From: an uncultured Gammaproteobacteria bacterium
GTDB lineage: Bacteria; Pseudomonadota; Gammaproteobacteria; CAISUE01
DNA: 64,000 nt
Assembly (NCBI GenBank): GCA_964471475.1
Contig: CAYYFQ010000010.1
Location: forward strand, 684 to 64,683
Reading direction: 5' to 3'
Below are positions 36,664 to 46,971 of the stretch, piece by piece. A model generated the notes under the pieces. The model did not search any database and was not told the origin of the DNA. It saw only the letters and a program-made list of their open reading frames with translations. A program made the position numbers and the translations under genes. The number at the start of each line of letters is the position of its first letter. Position 1 is the stretch's first letter.

Positions 36664-38277
36664 ATGGCTTATCAAGTACTCGCACGCAAGTGGCGCCCCC
36701 AACAATTTAAAGATTTAATTGGACAAGCGACCATCGTACAAGCGCTCACACATGCCTTAACTTCTCAGCGTTTGCATCACGCTTATTTATTTACGGGCAC
36801 CCGGGGGATCGGCAAAACCACCATCGCACGTATTATCGCTAAATGTTTAAATTGTGAATCAGGGATTAGCGCCACCCCTTGCGGTCAGTGTGGCACATGC
36901 CAAAGTATTGAACAAGGGCGCTTTGTGGATTTGATTGAAGTCGATGCTGCCTCTAAAACTAAAGTTGAAGATACTCGAGAACTCTTGGAAAACGTCATGT
37001 ACGCGCCCACACAAGGGCGCTATAAAATTTATTTAATTGACGAAGTGCATATGCTTTCTACTCATAGCTTTAATGCGCTCTTAAAAACTTTAGAAGAACC
37101 CCCTCCCCATGTAATATTTTTATTGGCAACGACGGATCCACAAAAATTACCCATTACTGTCTTATCACGCTGCTTACAATTTCAATTACAAGCTTTAACA
37201 CCGGCTTTACTTACTCCTTATTTACAATGGATTTTGGAGCAAGAAACTATTTCTTTTGAAACTCGGGCATTGACATTACTTGCTCAAGCCGCTAAAGGTA
37301 GCGTACGAGATAGCTTAAGCTTGTTAGATCAAGTCATTGCAACAGGCAACGGATCGGTTAAAACAGAAACAGTGCAACAAATGCTTGGCATTCAAGGTCA
37401 ACATTTAATCTTCCCTTTAATGAAAGCTATTCTTGAAAAAAATCTAACCATTGCTTTGGAATTGTGTCAACAACTTGCCTTCATTAGTGCCAATTTTGAA
37501 TTTATTTTAGACCAATTACTTCAATTATTACATGACATCTCTATTAAGCAATTAGCTCCTGATTTCACGCTAGATTCATTAATCACCAGCAACGAAGACA
37601 TTAATTCATTAGCTACGTTAATCACCGCTGATGAAATCCAAGTGGTATATCAAATTGCGCTTCTTGCCAAACGTGATATTGCTTTAGCGCCTTCTGCAGA
37701 TACGGGTTTCCAAATGACGATCATGCGAATGGTGGCCTTTCGTATTAAAACCCAAGATACTCAAATTCATCCACCTGCACCACAAAAAACCACAACGACC
37801 TCTCCTCAAAAAACAGCATCTGAGGGTACTCTCTCTGGAGATGCCCTTAAAACTCCTAAAACACAACCCTCCTCTTCAGCTTCCACTCAAGCGCTGAGTG
37901 ATTGGCATCACATATTGCCTCACCTAGGGTTAACGGCATTAACGAAAGCCTTTGCAGAACATCTTTCACTCGAACGTCAAGAAGCAGAGCAATACTATTT
38001 CAGTCTCCCTGAAACCCATGCAGCTTTATTGCAAGAACGCCATCGTCAAAAATTGACAGAGGCATTAACAAAATATCTTCACAAACCGATTGTGGTTCAT
38101 ATTCAACTAGGCAAAAGTAAAGATGCCACACCATCCATGGTAGAACATCGCGCTGAGCAAACTCAGCAAAAAGTTGAAGAAGCACTGAATGATTTTCAAC
38201 GCGACCCTCAACTCCAAAAATTAATACGTACTTTTGATGGCAAACTTTTGCCAAACACTTTAAAACTGCATGAATAA
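36664..38277 (+). CDS. dnaX: DNA polymerase III subunit gamma/tau
   Basis: YQVLARKWRP, GTRGIGKT, C4 zinc motif, DAAS, IDEVHML, SRC. Confidence 0.98.
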   Translation: MAYQVLARKWRPQQFKDLIGQATIVQALTHALTSQRLHHAYLFTGTRGIGKTTIARIIAKCLNCESGISATPCGQCGTCQSIEQGRFVDLIEVDAASKTKVEDTRELLENVMYAPTQGRYKIYLIDEVHMLSTHSFNALLKTLEEPPPHVIFLLATTDPQKLPITVLSRCLQFQLQALTPALLTPYLQWILEQETISFETRALTLLAQAAKGSVRDSLSLLDQVIATGNGSVKTETVQQMLGIQGQHLIFPLMKAILEKNLTIALELCQQLAFISANFEFILDQLLQLLHDISIKQLAPDFTLDSLITSNEDINSLATLITADEIQVVYQIALLAKRDIALAPSADTGFQMTIMRMVAFRIKTQDTQIHPPAPQKTTTTSPQKTASEGTLSGDALKTPKTQPSSSASTQALSDWHHILPHLGLTALTKAFAEHLSLERQEAEQYYFSLPETHAALLQERHRQKLTEALTKYLHKPIVVHIQLGKSKDATPSMVEHRAEQTQQKVEEALNDFQRDPQLQKLIRTFDGKLLPNTLKLHE

Positions 38278-38292
38278 AATAAGGATTCTCGA

Positions 38293-39420
38293 ATGTCTCA
38301 ACCCAACGTAATTTTAAGCGGTACGGGCGTCTATGCCCCCCTTGAGATTATCACTAATCATGAGTTAGTGGAATCTTTTAATACTTACGTCCAACGATAT
38401 AACGCAACACATGCCGAACAAATTCTCGCTGGAGAAATTATGCCGCTCAAAGAGTCTTCTGATGAATTTATCGTGAAAGCTTCTGGCATTAAACGTCGTC
38501 ATGTCATGGATAAAAAAGGTATTTTAGATCCTAATATTATGCAACCCATTATAGCTGAGCGGCCTAATGATCAACTTTCTTTGCAAGCGGAATTCGCCGT
38601 TAATGCTGCTAAAATCGCACTAGAAAAAGCCAATAAGAAAGCTGAAGAGGTAGACATGGTGATCTTAGCTGCTTCCAATTTTCAACGTGCTTACCCCGCC
38701 ATGGCCATTGAAGTGCAATCTGCCTTGGGTTGCCGCGGATTTGCTTATGATATGAACGTCGCTTGCTCTTCAGTAACTTTTGGTTGGCAAGCAGCTTTCA
38801 ACGCCTTAAAAGCAGGAGCCGCAAAAGTCGCGCTCGTGATCAATCCTGAAATTACCTCCGCACATCTAAATTTTCGTGATAGAGACAGCCATTTTATTTT
38901 TGGAGATGCTTGCACCGCAGCGGTGTTAGAAATCCAAAGCACTTGCGACAATCACAATGGTTTTGAAGTGGTAGATTGTGAGTTATTAACAAGTTTTTCC
39001 AACAATATTCGCAACAATGCAGGCTTTTTAAATCGTACATGGCCTACCACCATCAATGCTCCGGATAAATTGTTTAATCAACAAGGACGTCAAGTTTTTA
39101 AAGAAGTTACTCCCATGGCCGCCAAATTTATTTTAGATCAATTACAAAAAAATCATATTAAACCTACTGAAATAAAACGTTATTGGTTACATCAAGCTAA
39201 CAGCAATATGAATAATTTTATTTTGCAAAAAATTTTAGGGGAAGAAGTAAGTGCAGATCGCGCGCCGCTCATTTTAGATGAATATGCCAATACCGCCTCT
39301 GCAGGCTCACTGATTTGTTTTGACCATTATCATAGCGATTTCAAAAAAGGTGACTTGGGATTAATGTCTTCTTTCGGCGCAGGTTACTCCATCGGTAGTA
39401 TTATTTTGCGAAAACTATGA
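38293..39420 (+). CDS. Beta-ketoacyl-ACP synthase III (FabH-like long form)
   Basis: DMNVACSS catalytic Cys, WLHQAN His, ANTASAGS Asn. Confidence 0.93.
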   Translation: MSQPNVILSGTGVYAPLEIITNHELVESFNTYVQRYNATHAEQILAGEIMPLKESSDEFIVKASGIKRRHVMDKKGILDPNIMQPIIAERPNDQLSLQAEFAVNAAKIALEKANKKAEEVDMVILAASNFQRAYPAMAIEVQSALGCRGFAYDMNVACSSVTFGWQAAFNALKAGAAKVALVINPEITSAHLNFRDRDSHFIFGDACTAAVLEIQSTCDNHNGFEVVDCELLTSFSNNIRNNAGFLNRTWPTTINAPDKLFNQQGRQVFKEVTPMAAKFILDQLQKNHIKPTEIKRYWLHQANSNMNNFILQKILGEEVSADRAPLILDEYANTASAGSLICFDHYHSDFKKGDLGLMSSFGAGYSIGSIILRKL

Positions 39421-39758
39421 CGTTTACCGAACTGCTCATCACAATGGCGCTCTCCACTTTGCTCTGGCTTGGAGTCCAAAGCACACTTTCTTTTTCAATA
39501 CAACAAAGTACGCGTAATCAACAGCTGCAATTGGCCACTCAATTGTTGAATAACATTGAGCAAGAGTTACTTTTAACTCAACAAAGTTGGAGCCACGCTC
39601 AAGAAAAAGAATGGCAAAGCTTAGTGAAATTTTATCTGCCAAACGCTCAATTAATCCTTACGCCTCATCATGTTGAAATTCATTGGCCAAGCGCCAAATC
39701 CATCGCCATTAATTGCCAGGCGAAAGGGGGGTATACTTGCTTAGGTACCCCACTTTAA
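39417..39758 (+). CDS. Minor-pilin/PilV-like small protein
   Basis: MTFTELLITMALSTLLWLG resembles the FTLxELL pilin N-terminal helix; ATGA overlap with the upstream stop. Confidence 0.55.
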   Translation: MTFTELLITMALSTLLWLGVQSTLSFSIQQSTRNQQLQLATQLLNNIEQELLLTQQSWSHAQEKEWQSLVKFYLPNAQLILTPHHVEIHWPSAKSIAINCQAKGGYTCLGTPL

Positions 39759-39776
39759 GCGAATTGTTAACACGCC

Positions 39777-40955
39777 CTACAAAAAGCTTACCCCATTTTT
39801 TAAAGCAGGAATTCCAAAAACTTTAGCTAAAGATTGTCCGATATCAGCGAAGCTTTCACGTATGCCGATCGTTTTCGGTTTGATGTTTGGACCAAAAACA
39901 ATGATAGGAATATTTTCGCGTGTATGATCAGAACCATGCCACGTCGGATCGCATCCATGGTCAGCCGTAATAATTCCAATATCATCAGGGCGCATACCAT
40001 GAATAAATTCTGCTAATTGTTTATCAAAAACTTCGAGCGCCTGAGCATAGCCAGCCACATCCCGACGATGACCATATAACATATCGAAATCCACAAAATT
40101 GGTAAATACTAAACTGCCTTTCGGTGCTTTAAATTGATACAGTAAAGTTTTAGCAAATAATTCTTGATTGCCATTGGCTTTTACTTCTTGCGAAATACCT
40201 TGATGCGCATAAATATCTGCCACTTTACCAATCGCAATTACTTCATGCCCATTTGCAACCAGTTGATCTAACAAAGTTTTTTCAGGAGGAAGAACCGATA
40301 AATCTTTGCGATTTCCTGTACGTTTAAACGCTCCTGGCTTGCCTTTGAAAGGACGAGCGATTACTCGCCCAATGTTATAGTCGTCTACTAGTTTACGTGC
40401 AATATTACACACTTCATACAGCTTTTGTAATCCAAAACTTTCTTCATGCGCCGCAATTTGAAACACACTGTCGGCCGATGTATAAACAATTGGTTTACCG
40501 CTTCGAATATGCTCTTCGCCAAATTCATCGATAATTTCAGTGCCTGAAGCTGCTTTCTCACCAAGCACCCCTGGAAGTTTTGCTTCCAAGATAAAACGCT
40601 CAATTAATTCCGGAGGGAAAGCTTTTTCACCTTGACCAAAATAACTCCACTCGAACTCTACAGGAATTCCCGCAATTTCCCAATGACCACTTGGCGTATC
40701 TTTACCTTTACTTTTTTCACTTGCGCAGCCCCATATAGATTCTGGCACTTGGTTAAAATCAATGCCATCCAAGGTTTTTCCTGTGCTCAGATGCGCGATA
40801 TGACCAAGCCCCAAAGACAAGAGGGTAGGAATTTTTAATCCGGGGTACCGTTCCCAAATATGGCCAAAGGTATCTGCTTTTGCTTCGTTAAATCGTGAGG
40901 CATCAGGTGCGCCCCCTACACCAAAGGAATCCAACAATAATATAAAGACTCGCAT
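39777..40955 (-). CDS. deoB: Phosphopentomutase
   Basis: RVFILLLDSFGVG, GKDTPSGHWE, YTSADSVFQIAAHE, NFVDFD..GHRRD, TADHGCDPT; ATG 40955. Confidence 0.97.
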   Translation of the reverse strand: MRVFILLLDSFGVGGAPDASRFNEAKADTFGHIWERYPGLKIPTLLSLGLGHIAHLSTGKTLDGIDFNQVPESIWGCASEKSKGKDTPSGHWEIAGIPVEFEWSYFGQGEKAFPPELIERFILEAKLPGVLGEKAASGTEIIDEFGEEHIRSGKPIVYTSADSVFQIAAHEESFGLQKLYEVCNIARKLVDDYNIGRVIARPFKGKPGAFKRTGNRKDLSVLPPEKTLLDQLVANGHEVIAIGKVADIYAHQGISQEVKANGNQELFAKTLLYQFKAPKGSLVFTNFVDFDMLYGHRRDVAGYAQALEVFDKQLAEFIHGMRPDDIGIITADHGCDPTWHGSDHTRENIPIIVFGPNIKPKTIGIRESFADIGQSLAKVFGIPALKNGVSFL

Positions 40956-41031
40956 CTTGCTTATCCTAGCAATAATTAATGGGTATAATACCACCATATT
41001 GGTGTTTTTGAACAAATAAATTCTATAAATA

Positions 41032-42888
41032 ATGATTCGACCGCCCTCCCAAAAAAGTTTATTGAGAATAGCAAAGCCACGCTATGCACTTATAACAGGC
41101 TTACTATGCGTGGGGGTATCTTTCTTAACTTTTGCTCAAGCACAACAAAGTACTGTTGAACATAGTGCCCAACCATCTTCTTCATCCATACAATTACAAC
41201 CACACATTCATGGCTTAGAAAAAGCACCTGCACAAAATGTCAGTAATCGCTTAAATGAAGTGATTCAAAGCTTACCCAAACCATTTTCCGAAAAAGATGC
41301 GAGGGATTTCTACGATTATAGCGGACACACCGTCAAAGAAGGCTTAGAACCATTTGCTTATTTCACTCCCGATGTAAAAAAATCGATCGATAAAACTGCA
41401 CAAATCTGGCAACTGGATTATCAAATTACTCCAGGCCCTCAAACTAAAATAACAACCATACATCTAATGCTTTCTGGCGAAGGCGCTAACCAACTTGCCT
41501 TACAAAAATTATTAGAACAAGCACCGTTTAAAAAAGGAAAGCCTTTTTTAAGCGAAGCCTATGAAAACTTCAAAACAACATGGTTAAATACCGCGAATGA
41601 CTTAGGCTATATTAAAGCGACTTACGTGAAACATGAGGTATTAATTAATCGAAAAACTCATAGCGCTCAAATTACACTTATTTTAGACACAGGGCCACGG
41701 TATTATTTTGGCCCCGTACATTTTAGCAAAAGCCCATTACGAGATTCTTTTTTACAGCGTTATGTAAATTTTAGTACGGGACAAGCCTATGCTGCTGATA
41801 AAGTGAATCAATTGCAAACCGACTTAACGAACACCCCTTATTTCAGCTCAGTGGCAGTCACACCACAAACCGATGATGCCGCTAAAGATCATACAGTCCC
41901 CATCACAGCGCATATCACTATGCGCCCAAAACAACGATATATCTTAGGAGCAGGTTACGGCACAGACACCGGGCCTCGCATCACCGCAGGCAGTACCTGG
42001 CGTTACGTCAATAGTTATGGACATCGGTTTGATACCTTATTGAGACTCTCTAAAGTACAAAATACAGCCTCTATGAAATATATTATTCCCGGCAAACACC
42101 CTTTAACGGATGAATACAACATCAATGCTAGCTTACAAACCAACAATATCAACCAAGGCAACAGTCAAGTTCGTCAAGTCGGCACCGCCTACACCTTAAC
42201 CCGTGGAAACTGGCAGCGCTGGCAGCGCACGTTTTCATTAAGTTATCAAATTGAGCATTATAATTTTTTTAATAATCCCTACCAAACCTCTCATTTACTC
42301 TTACCGGGATTCAGTTTGCAAAATATCGTCACCAATAATCCTTTATTTCCTACGGAAGCGCATCGCTTTAATTTTAGTGTGATCGGCGCAAAACAAGCGA
42401 TCATGGCCGATACCAGTTTAATTCAAGCTAAAATATCCGCCAAATGGATTCATTCTTTGAGTGAAAATAATATGATTGTACTGCGTAATGATACCGGTTA
42501 CACCGCTATTCATAATCTCAATTTATTGCCGTTGTCTTTGAATTTTTTCGCCGGTGGATCACAAAGTGTACGCGCATATGCTTATAATAATTTAGGGCCT
42601 GGACGCTATTTATTTGTAGGAAGTGCAGAATATCGCTACCAGGTAATTCCCAAATGGTACGCCAGTACTTTTATGGATATTGGTAATGCTTTTAATAACT
42701 TCCCCACTGCACCACATCATGGTTTAAAAAGTAATTTGGGAGCTTTCTATAATTCTTTGCAACGAGGCGTCGGGGTAGGTGTTGTGTGGAACTCTCCTGT
42801 GGGTGCCATGGAGTTAACTTTTGCCAAAGGAGTAACACGCCCTGATCGCTCCAATAAAATTCAATTTAACATGGGTACTGATTTTTAA
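41032..42888 (+). CDS. tamA: Omp85-family translocation and assembly module protein
   Basis: POTRA-like N-half (GLEPFAYF, DTGPRYYFG), GAGYGTDTGPR, FFAGGSQSVRAY lid motif, C-terminal aromatic residue (GTDF). Confidence 0.88.
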   Translation: MIRPPSQKSLLRIAKPRYALITGLLCVGVSFLTFAQAQQSTVEHSAQPSSSSIQLQPHIHGLEKAPAQNVSNRLNEVIQSLPKPFSEKDARDFYDYSGHTVKEGLEPFAYFTPDVKKSIDKTAQIWQLDYQITPGPQTKITTIHLMLSGEGANQLALQKLLEQAPFKKGKPFLSEAYENFKTTWLNTANDLGYIKATYVKHEVLINRKTHSAQITLILDTGPRYYFGPVHFSKSPLRDSFLQRYVNFSTGQAYAADKVNQLQTDLTNTPYFSSVAVTPQTDDAAKDHTVPITAHITMRPKQRYILGAGYGTDTGPRITAGSTWRYVNSYGHRFDTLLRLSKVQNTASMKYIIPGKHPLTDEYNINASLQTNNINQGNSQVRQVGTAYTLTRGNWQRWQRTFSLSYQIEHYNFFNNPYQTSHLLLPGFSLQNIVTNNPLFPTEAHRFNFSVIGAKQAIMADTSLIQAKISAKWIHSLSENNMIVLRNDTGYTAIHNLNLLPLSLNFFAGGSQSVRAYAYNNLGPGRYLFVGSAEYRYQVIPKWYASTFMDIGNAFNNFPTAPHHGLKSNLGAFYNSLQRGVGVGVVWNSPVGAMELTFAKGVTRPDRSNKIQFNMGTDF

Positions 42889-43619
42889 TGCGTATTTTAT
42901 TAAGCGTCGAATATGATGGCAGTGATTTTCACGGGTGGCAAAAACAACCTAAGTTACGCACAGTACAATCTGAACTGGAAAAGGCCCTTAGCGAAATTGC
43001 ACAACATCCCATTGAAGTTACTTGCGCAGGCCGTACCGATAAAGGCGTACACGCGCTTGAGCAAATCGTACATTTTGATACTTTCATCGAAAGACGCCTA
43101 GAAGCATGGATTTTTGGCACTAATCATTTTTTACCGAGAGATATCAAAATCCATACTGCTAAAACCGTTGATGAACATTTTCACGCACGCCACAGTGCTC
43201 TCGCGCGCACTTATCACTATTGGATAGATAACCATCCCACTCCTTCCGTCATTTATCGTAAACAACGCTTTTGGTTTCCACGAGCATTAGATGTACATGC
43301 AATGCATGATGCGGCTCAACATTTAAGAGGTGAGCATGATTTTAACGCCTATCGCGCAGCGGAGTGCCAAGCTAAGCACCCCATTCGAGAAATAAAAAAA
43401 ATCGAGGTAACACGCGAAAAAAATTTAATCCTAATTGAAATTACCGCGAATGCTTTTTTACATCATATGGTTAGAAACATCGTCGGTACTTTATTACCCA
43501 TCGGTTTAAAAGAAAAACCTATCGATTGGACACAGGAAGTCTTAACCTCCAAACAACGCGCAAGAGGAGGAGCCACAGCGCCTCCGGAAGGGTTGTTTTT
43601 GGTTAAAGTAGCATATTGA
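42888..43619 (+). CDS. truA: tRNA pseudouridine(38-40) synthase
   Basis: EYDGSDFHGWQKQ, AGRTDKGVHA, FHARHSA, ANAFLHHMVRNIVG. Confidence 0.98.
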   Translation: MRILLSVEYDGSDFHGWQKQPKLRTVQSELEKALSEIAQHPIEVTCAGRTDKGVHALEQIVHFDTFIERRLEAWIFGTNHFLPRDIKIHTAKTVDEHFHARHSALARTYHYWIDNHPTPSVIYRKQRFWFPRALDVHAMHDAAQHLRGEHDFNAYRAAECQAKHPIREIKKIEVTREKNLILIEITANAFLHHMVRNIVGTLLPIGLKEKPIDWTQEVLTSKQRARGGATAPPEGLFLVKVAY

Positions 43620-43644
43620 CAAAATCCTAAAAATGGAGGCACCC

Positions 43645-43867
43645 TTAAGGGCACCTCTATAAATTGCTCTTTTGCGCAATAACTGCGTTGCACGCGAATT
43701 TTAAATGCTCATTTATTCAAATATAAACTCCGCTTTAAAAATCAGCAGGATGGCTGATTTCGGCGCGCGTAGCGCGGGCGGAGCCCTCAAAACATGGATG
43801 TTTTGAGTCACAATTCTTGTGCGCCTTGTTCTCGCACAAAATTTCTAATTTATAGAGGTGCCCTTAA
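43645..43867. mobile_element. MITE family A copy 2 (inverted relative to copy 1)
   Basis: Same 223-bp span including both TTAA; about 7 mismatches to copy 1 by eye; right TTAA contains the asnS stop codon. Confidence 0.9.
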
Positions 43868-45258
43868 TACTCCGCATGTTTCGACGTGCGCGGAAAGGGA
43901 ATAACATCACGTACATTTCCCATGCCAGTCACGTAGCTCACCAAGCGCTCAAAACCTAAACCAAAACCCGCGTGCGGAACAGAGCCATAGCGTCTTAAAT
44001 CTCGATACCACCAGTAAGTTTCTTTGTCGATGCCGGCTTCTAGCATGCGTTGATCAAGTACACTCAGTCGATCTTCGCGCTCAGAACCTCCAATAATTTC
44101 ACCAATGCCGGGCGCTAAAATATCCATGGCCGCTACCGTTTTTTCGTCATCATTTAAACGCATGTAGAAGGCTTTAATCTCTTTAGGGTAATTCATTAAT
44201 ACCACGGGTTTTGCAAAAACTTCTTCCGCTAAATAGCGTTCATGTTCCGATTGCAAATCTAATCCCCATGAAACAGGATACTCAAAAGTTTTATCTGCTT
44301 TCTTTAAAAGCTCGATGGCGTCCGTATAATTCAATTGTTCAAAGGGATGATGGATCACATTTTCTAAACGCGAAATACAGCTTTTGTCGACACGTTGCGC
44401 AAAAAATTCCATATCATCCAAGCGCTCATTGAGCACCGATTTAAAACAATAGCGTAGTAAATCTTCAGCAAGCTTCGCATCATCAAATAAAGTGGCAAAT
44501 GCAATTTCTGGCTCAACCATCCAAAACTCTGCTAAGTGACGGCTCGTGTTAGAATTTTCAGAACGAAAAGTAGGACCAAACGTATAAACTTTGGAGAGCG
44601 CTAGACAATAACTCTCCACATTTAATTGCCCTGAAACCGTTAAAAAAGCTTCCTTACCAAAAAAATCTTCTTTAAAATCTATCGCGCCCTGTGCCGTTTT
44701 TGGTACGTTCATTAAATCCAAAGTGCTCACACGAAATAATTCACCCGCTCCTTCACAATCACTGGTAGTAATGATCGGCGTATGCACCCATAAAAAACCT
44801 TGCTCGTGCAAAAAACGATGTATTGCTTGCGCCAAACAATCTCGCACGCGCGCGACAGCACCGATGGTATTGGTTCGCACACGTAAATGCGCAAAATCAC
44901 GTAAATATTCGAGCGTATGATGTTTAGGTGAAATAGGATAAGTCTCAGGATCTTCCACCCCTCCAACAATTTCTATACTTTCTGCTTGAATTTCGACAGC
45001 CTGTCCCTGCGCTGGAGAAGGAATAAGCTTTCCGCGGACAACCATCGAGCATCCTGCTGTCAATTTTAAAACTTCATCCACATAATTAGGCAAGGTATTA
45101 GGCGCTACGACTTGAATAGGGGCAAAGCAAGAGCCATCATGCAAAGCAATAAAAGAGAAACCTGCTTTAGAGTCTCGACGAGTGCGCACCCAACCTTTTA
45201 AGATTACTTGAGAATGCGCGGCCACTTTATTTTTTAAACAGTCAGCGATAGAAACCAT
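43864..45258 (-). CDS. asnS: Asparagine--tRNA ligase
   Basis: [56 protein letters not shown]. Confidence 0.98.
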   Translation of the reverse strand: MVSIADCLKNKVAAHSQVILKGWVRTRRDSKAGFSFIALHDGSCFAPIQVVAPNTLPNYVDEVLKLTAGCSMVVRGKLIPSPAQGQAVEIQAESIEIVGGVEDPETYPISPKHHTLEYLRDFAHLRVRTNTIGAVARVRDCLAQAIHRFLHEQGFLWVHTPIITTSDCEGAGELFRVSTLDLMNVPKTAQGAIDFKEDFFGKEAFLTVSGQLNVESYCLALSKVYTFGPTFRSENSNTSRHLAEFWMVEPEIAFATLFDDAKLAEDLLRYCFKSVLNERLDDMEFFAQRVDKSCISRLENVIHHPFEQLNYTDAIELLKKADKTFEYPVSWGLDLQSEHERYLAEEVFAKPVVLMNYPKEIKAFYMRLNDDEKTVAAMDILAPGIGEIIGGSEREDRLSVLDQRMLEAGIDKETYWWYRDLRRYGSVPHAGFGLGFERLVSYVTGMGNVRDVIPFPRTSKHAEY

Positions 45259-45264
45259 GTATTG

Positions 45265-45288
45265 TAGACCTTTTCAGATAATTATTCG
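45265..45288. repeat. Palindromic family C arm immediately upstream of asnS
   Basis: tagaccttttcagataattattcg; on the minus strand it supplies AAAAGGT 9 nt before the asnS ATG. Confidence 0.75.
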
Positions 45289-45327
45289 AAAATCATTTCG
45301 GCTTGTAATACCCGCTAAACCGCATAA

Positions 45328-45502
45328 GCATCAACTTAAGGAGTTTATGCTAAAAACCACTGTCATGCCAGCGTAGGCTGGCATCCAGTCAGGCATGCTT
45401 TTAGGTAATACAAGCGAAAAACCCTAGTTGAAGTTAAATGCACTTTATTTTTACTTCCCAAGATCCTTATTTACCTGGATGCCAGCCTACGCTGGCATGA
45501 CA
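45328..45502. repeat. Palindromic family B copy 2 with 33-bp leader segment
   Basis: Arms at 45361 and ending 45502; core inverted relative to the other copies; preceded by gcatcaacttaaggagtttatgctaaaaaccac as at 57821-57853; overlaps the metIQ stop. Confidence 0.88.
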
Positions 45503-46971
45503 GTCGCTGAGTTAAGCGCTTTACTCCATCCAGGAACAGCTCCACCTTTTGCAAAAACTTTTTGGCTTGCCACGATGGTTTGTGGCGATTGAAAAGCTTC
45601 TACTAATTCTTTTATTTCGGGGCGATTTTTATCGCTTGCTCGGATTGCGATGATGTTGACATAAGGCGAATTGGCGCTCTCTTTAAGTAAAGCATCCGTA
45701 ATCGTAAACCCGGCATTTTCAATATAATCATTTGTGAGCCCTACCAAATCAGCATCATGCAGAACGCGTGGTAGTTGCGCCGCATCTAATAATTTAAATT
45801 GTAAGTGTAGTGGATTACTCACAATATCTCGCGGGGTGGCAAATAATCCTACATGAGGCTTAAGCTTGATTAAACCTCCTTGTTCCAACAATAAAAGCGC
45901 CCTCCCTTCGTTGCTCGGATCATTGGGAATAGCCACAATAGCATTCGCTGACAAATCATGAAGATTTTTAAATCTCGCCGAATAAAATCCAAAAGGATAA
46001 ACAAAAGTTTTAGCAATCGGAATTAAGCGATAACCATGCGCTGCACTTTGTGATTTTAAATAAGGAATGTGCTGAAAAATATTAGCATCAATGCTGCCAT
46101 TATTTAAAGCCGTATTGGGCAATACATAGTCATTAAAAACTATCAATTTTAAATCTAAACCAAATCGATCACGTGCTACTTTTTGCACCGTATGCATTAC
46201 TTCTTCTTGAGGACCTCCAATAATCCCTACTTTCAAAGAGTTCTCTCGAACGGTATAATGCGTCCAAATCCATGGTGCCATCATAAAAAATAAAAATAAG
46301 GCGGTTGCTCCCCACAACACCATTTTTTGTTTTTTTTTGGTAGCGAGAGTATCTCCCAACCATTGCACAAATTGTACAATAATCACGAGTAATACTACCG
46401 TTTCTAACATCACAGCCGCATCAAAGCGCTGATAGCCGTAATTAATAGCGAGCTCTCCCAAGCCACCTCCCCCCACCACACCCGCCATGGCAGAGTACCC
46501 AATTAAACTGATAATGGTTAAACTTGCGCCTCGAATTAAAGCAGGCATCGCTTCTGGTAATAATACTTTAACAATTAATTGCCAGTGTGTAGCACCAATA
46601 GCATGCGCCGTTTCAATTAAACCAAGCGGTAATTCGCGTAAAGCATTTTCGGTAATCCGTGCATAGAATGGAATAGCAGCAATCATTAAAGGAACAATAG
46701 CCGCATTCGTCCCAATGGAAGTACCCACCAACAGTCGCGTTAAAGGAATAATGCTAATCAATAAAATAATAAAAGGGATGGAACGCACTACATTAATAAT
46801 AAACCCTAAGCTGTTATTCAACAATGCGTTATCAAAAATCTGACCCCGACCACTAAAAAAATACAAAACGCCCAACCATAATCCTATGCTAATGCTTAAA
46901 AAACCAGCAATATAAACCATATAAACCGTTTGCCAGCTGGCAATAATTAAAGGCCACCCAATATTATTCAT
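45487..46971 (-). CDS. metIQ: Fused methionine ABC permease MetI + substrate-binding MetQ
   Basis: N-half RSIPFIILL..AAIPFYARITE..GAVGGGGLG-like segment (MetI); C-half FNDYVLPNTAL..DANIFQHIPYL..AIPNDPSNEGRALLLL..SPYVN (MetQ), in one frame. Confidence 0.9.
   Translation of the reverse strand: MNNIGWPLIIASWQTVYMVYIAGFLSISIGLWLGVLYFFSGRGQIFDNALLNNSLGFIINVVRSIPFIILLISIIPLTRLLVGTSIGTNAAIVPLMIAAIPFYARITENALRELPLGLIETAHAIGATHWQLIVKVLLPEAMPALIRGASLTIISLIGYSAMAGVVGGGGLGELAINYGYQRFDAAVMLETVVLLVIIVQFVQWLGDTLATKKKQKMVLWGATALFLFFMMAPWIWTHYTVRENSLKVGIIGGPQEEVMHTVQKVARDRFGLDLKLIVFNDYVLPNTALNNGSIDANIFQHIPYLKSQSAAHGYRLIPIAKTFVYPFGFYSARFKNLHDLSANAIVAIPNDPSNEGRALLLLEQGGLIKLKPHVGLFATPRDIVSNPLHLQFKLLDAAQLPRVLHDADLVGLTNDYIENAGFTITDALLKESANSPYVNIIAIRASDKNRPEIKELVEAFQSPQTIVASQKVFAKGGAVPGWSKALNSATVMPA

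Noticed and set aside
37784-37813. A6 runs in dnaX as a gamma-subunit programmed frameshift site
   Set aside because: The runs are followed by C rather than forming A AAA AAG, and no clear downstream stimulatory hairpin is visible.
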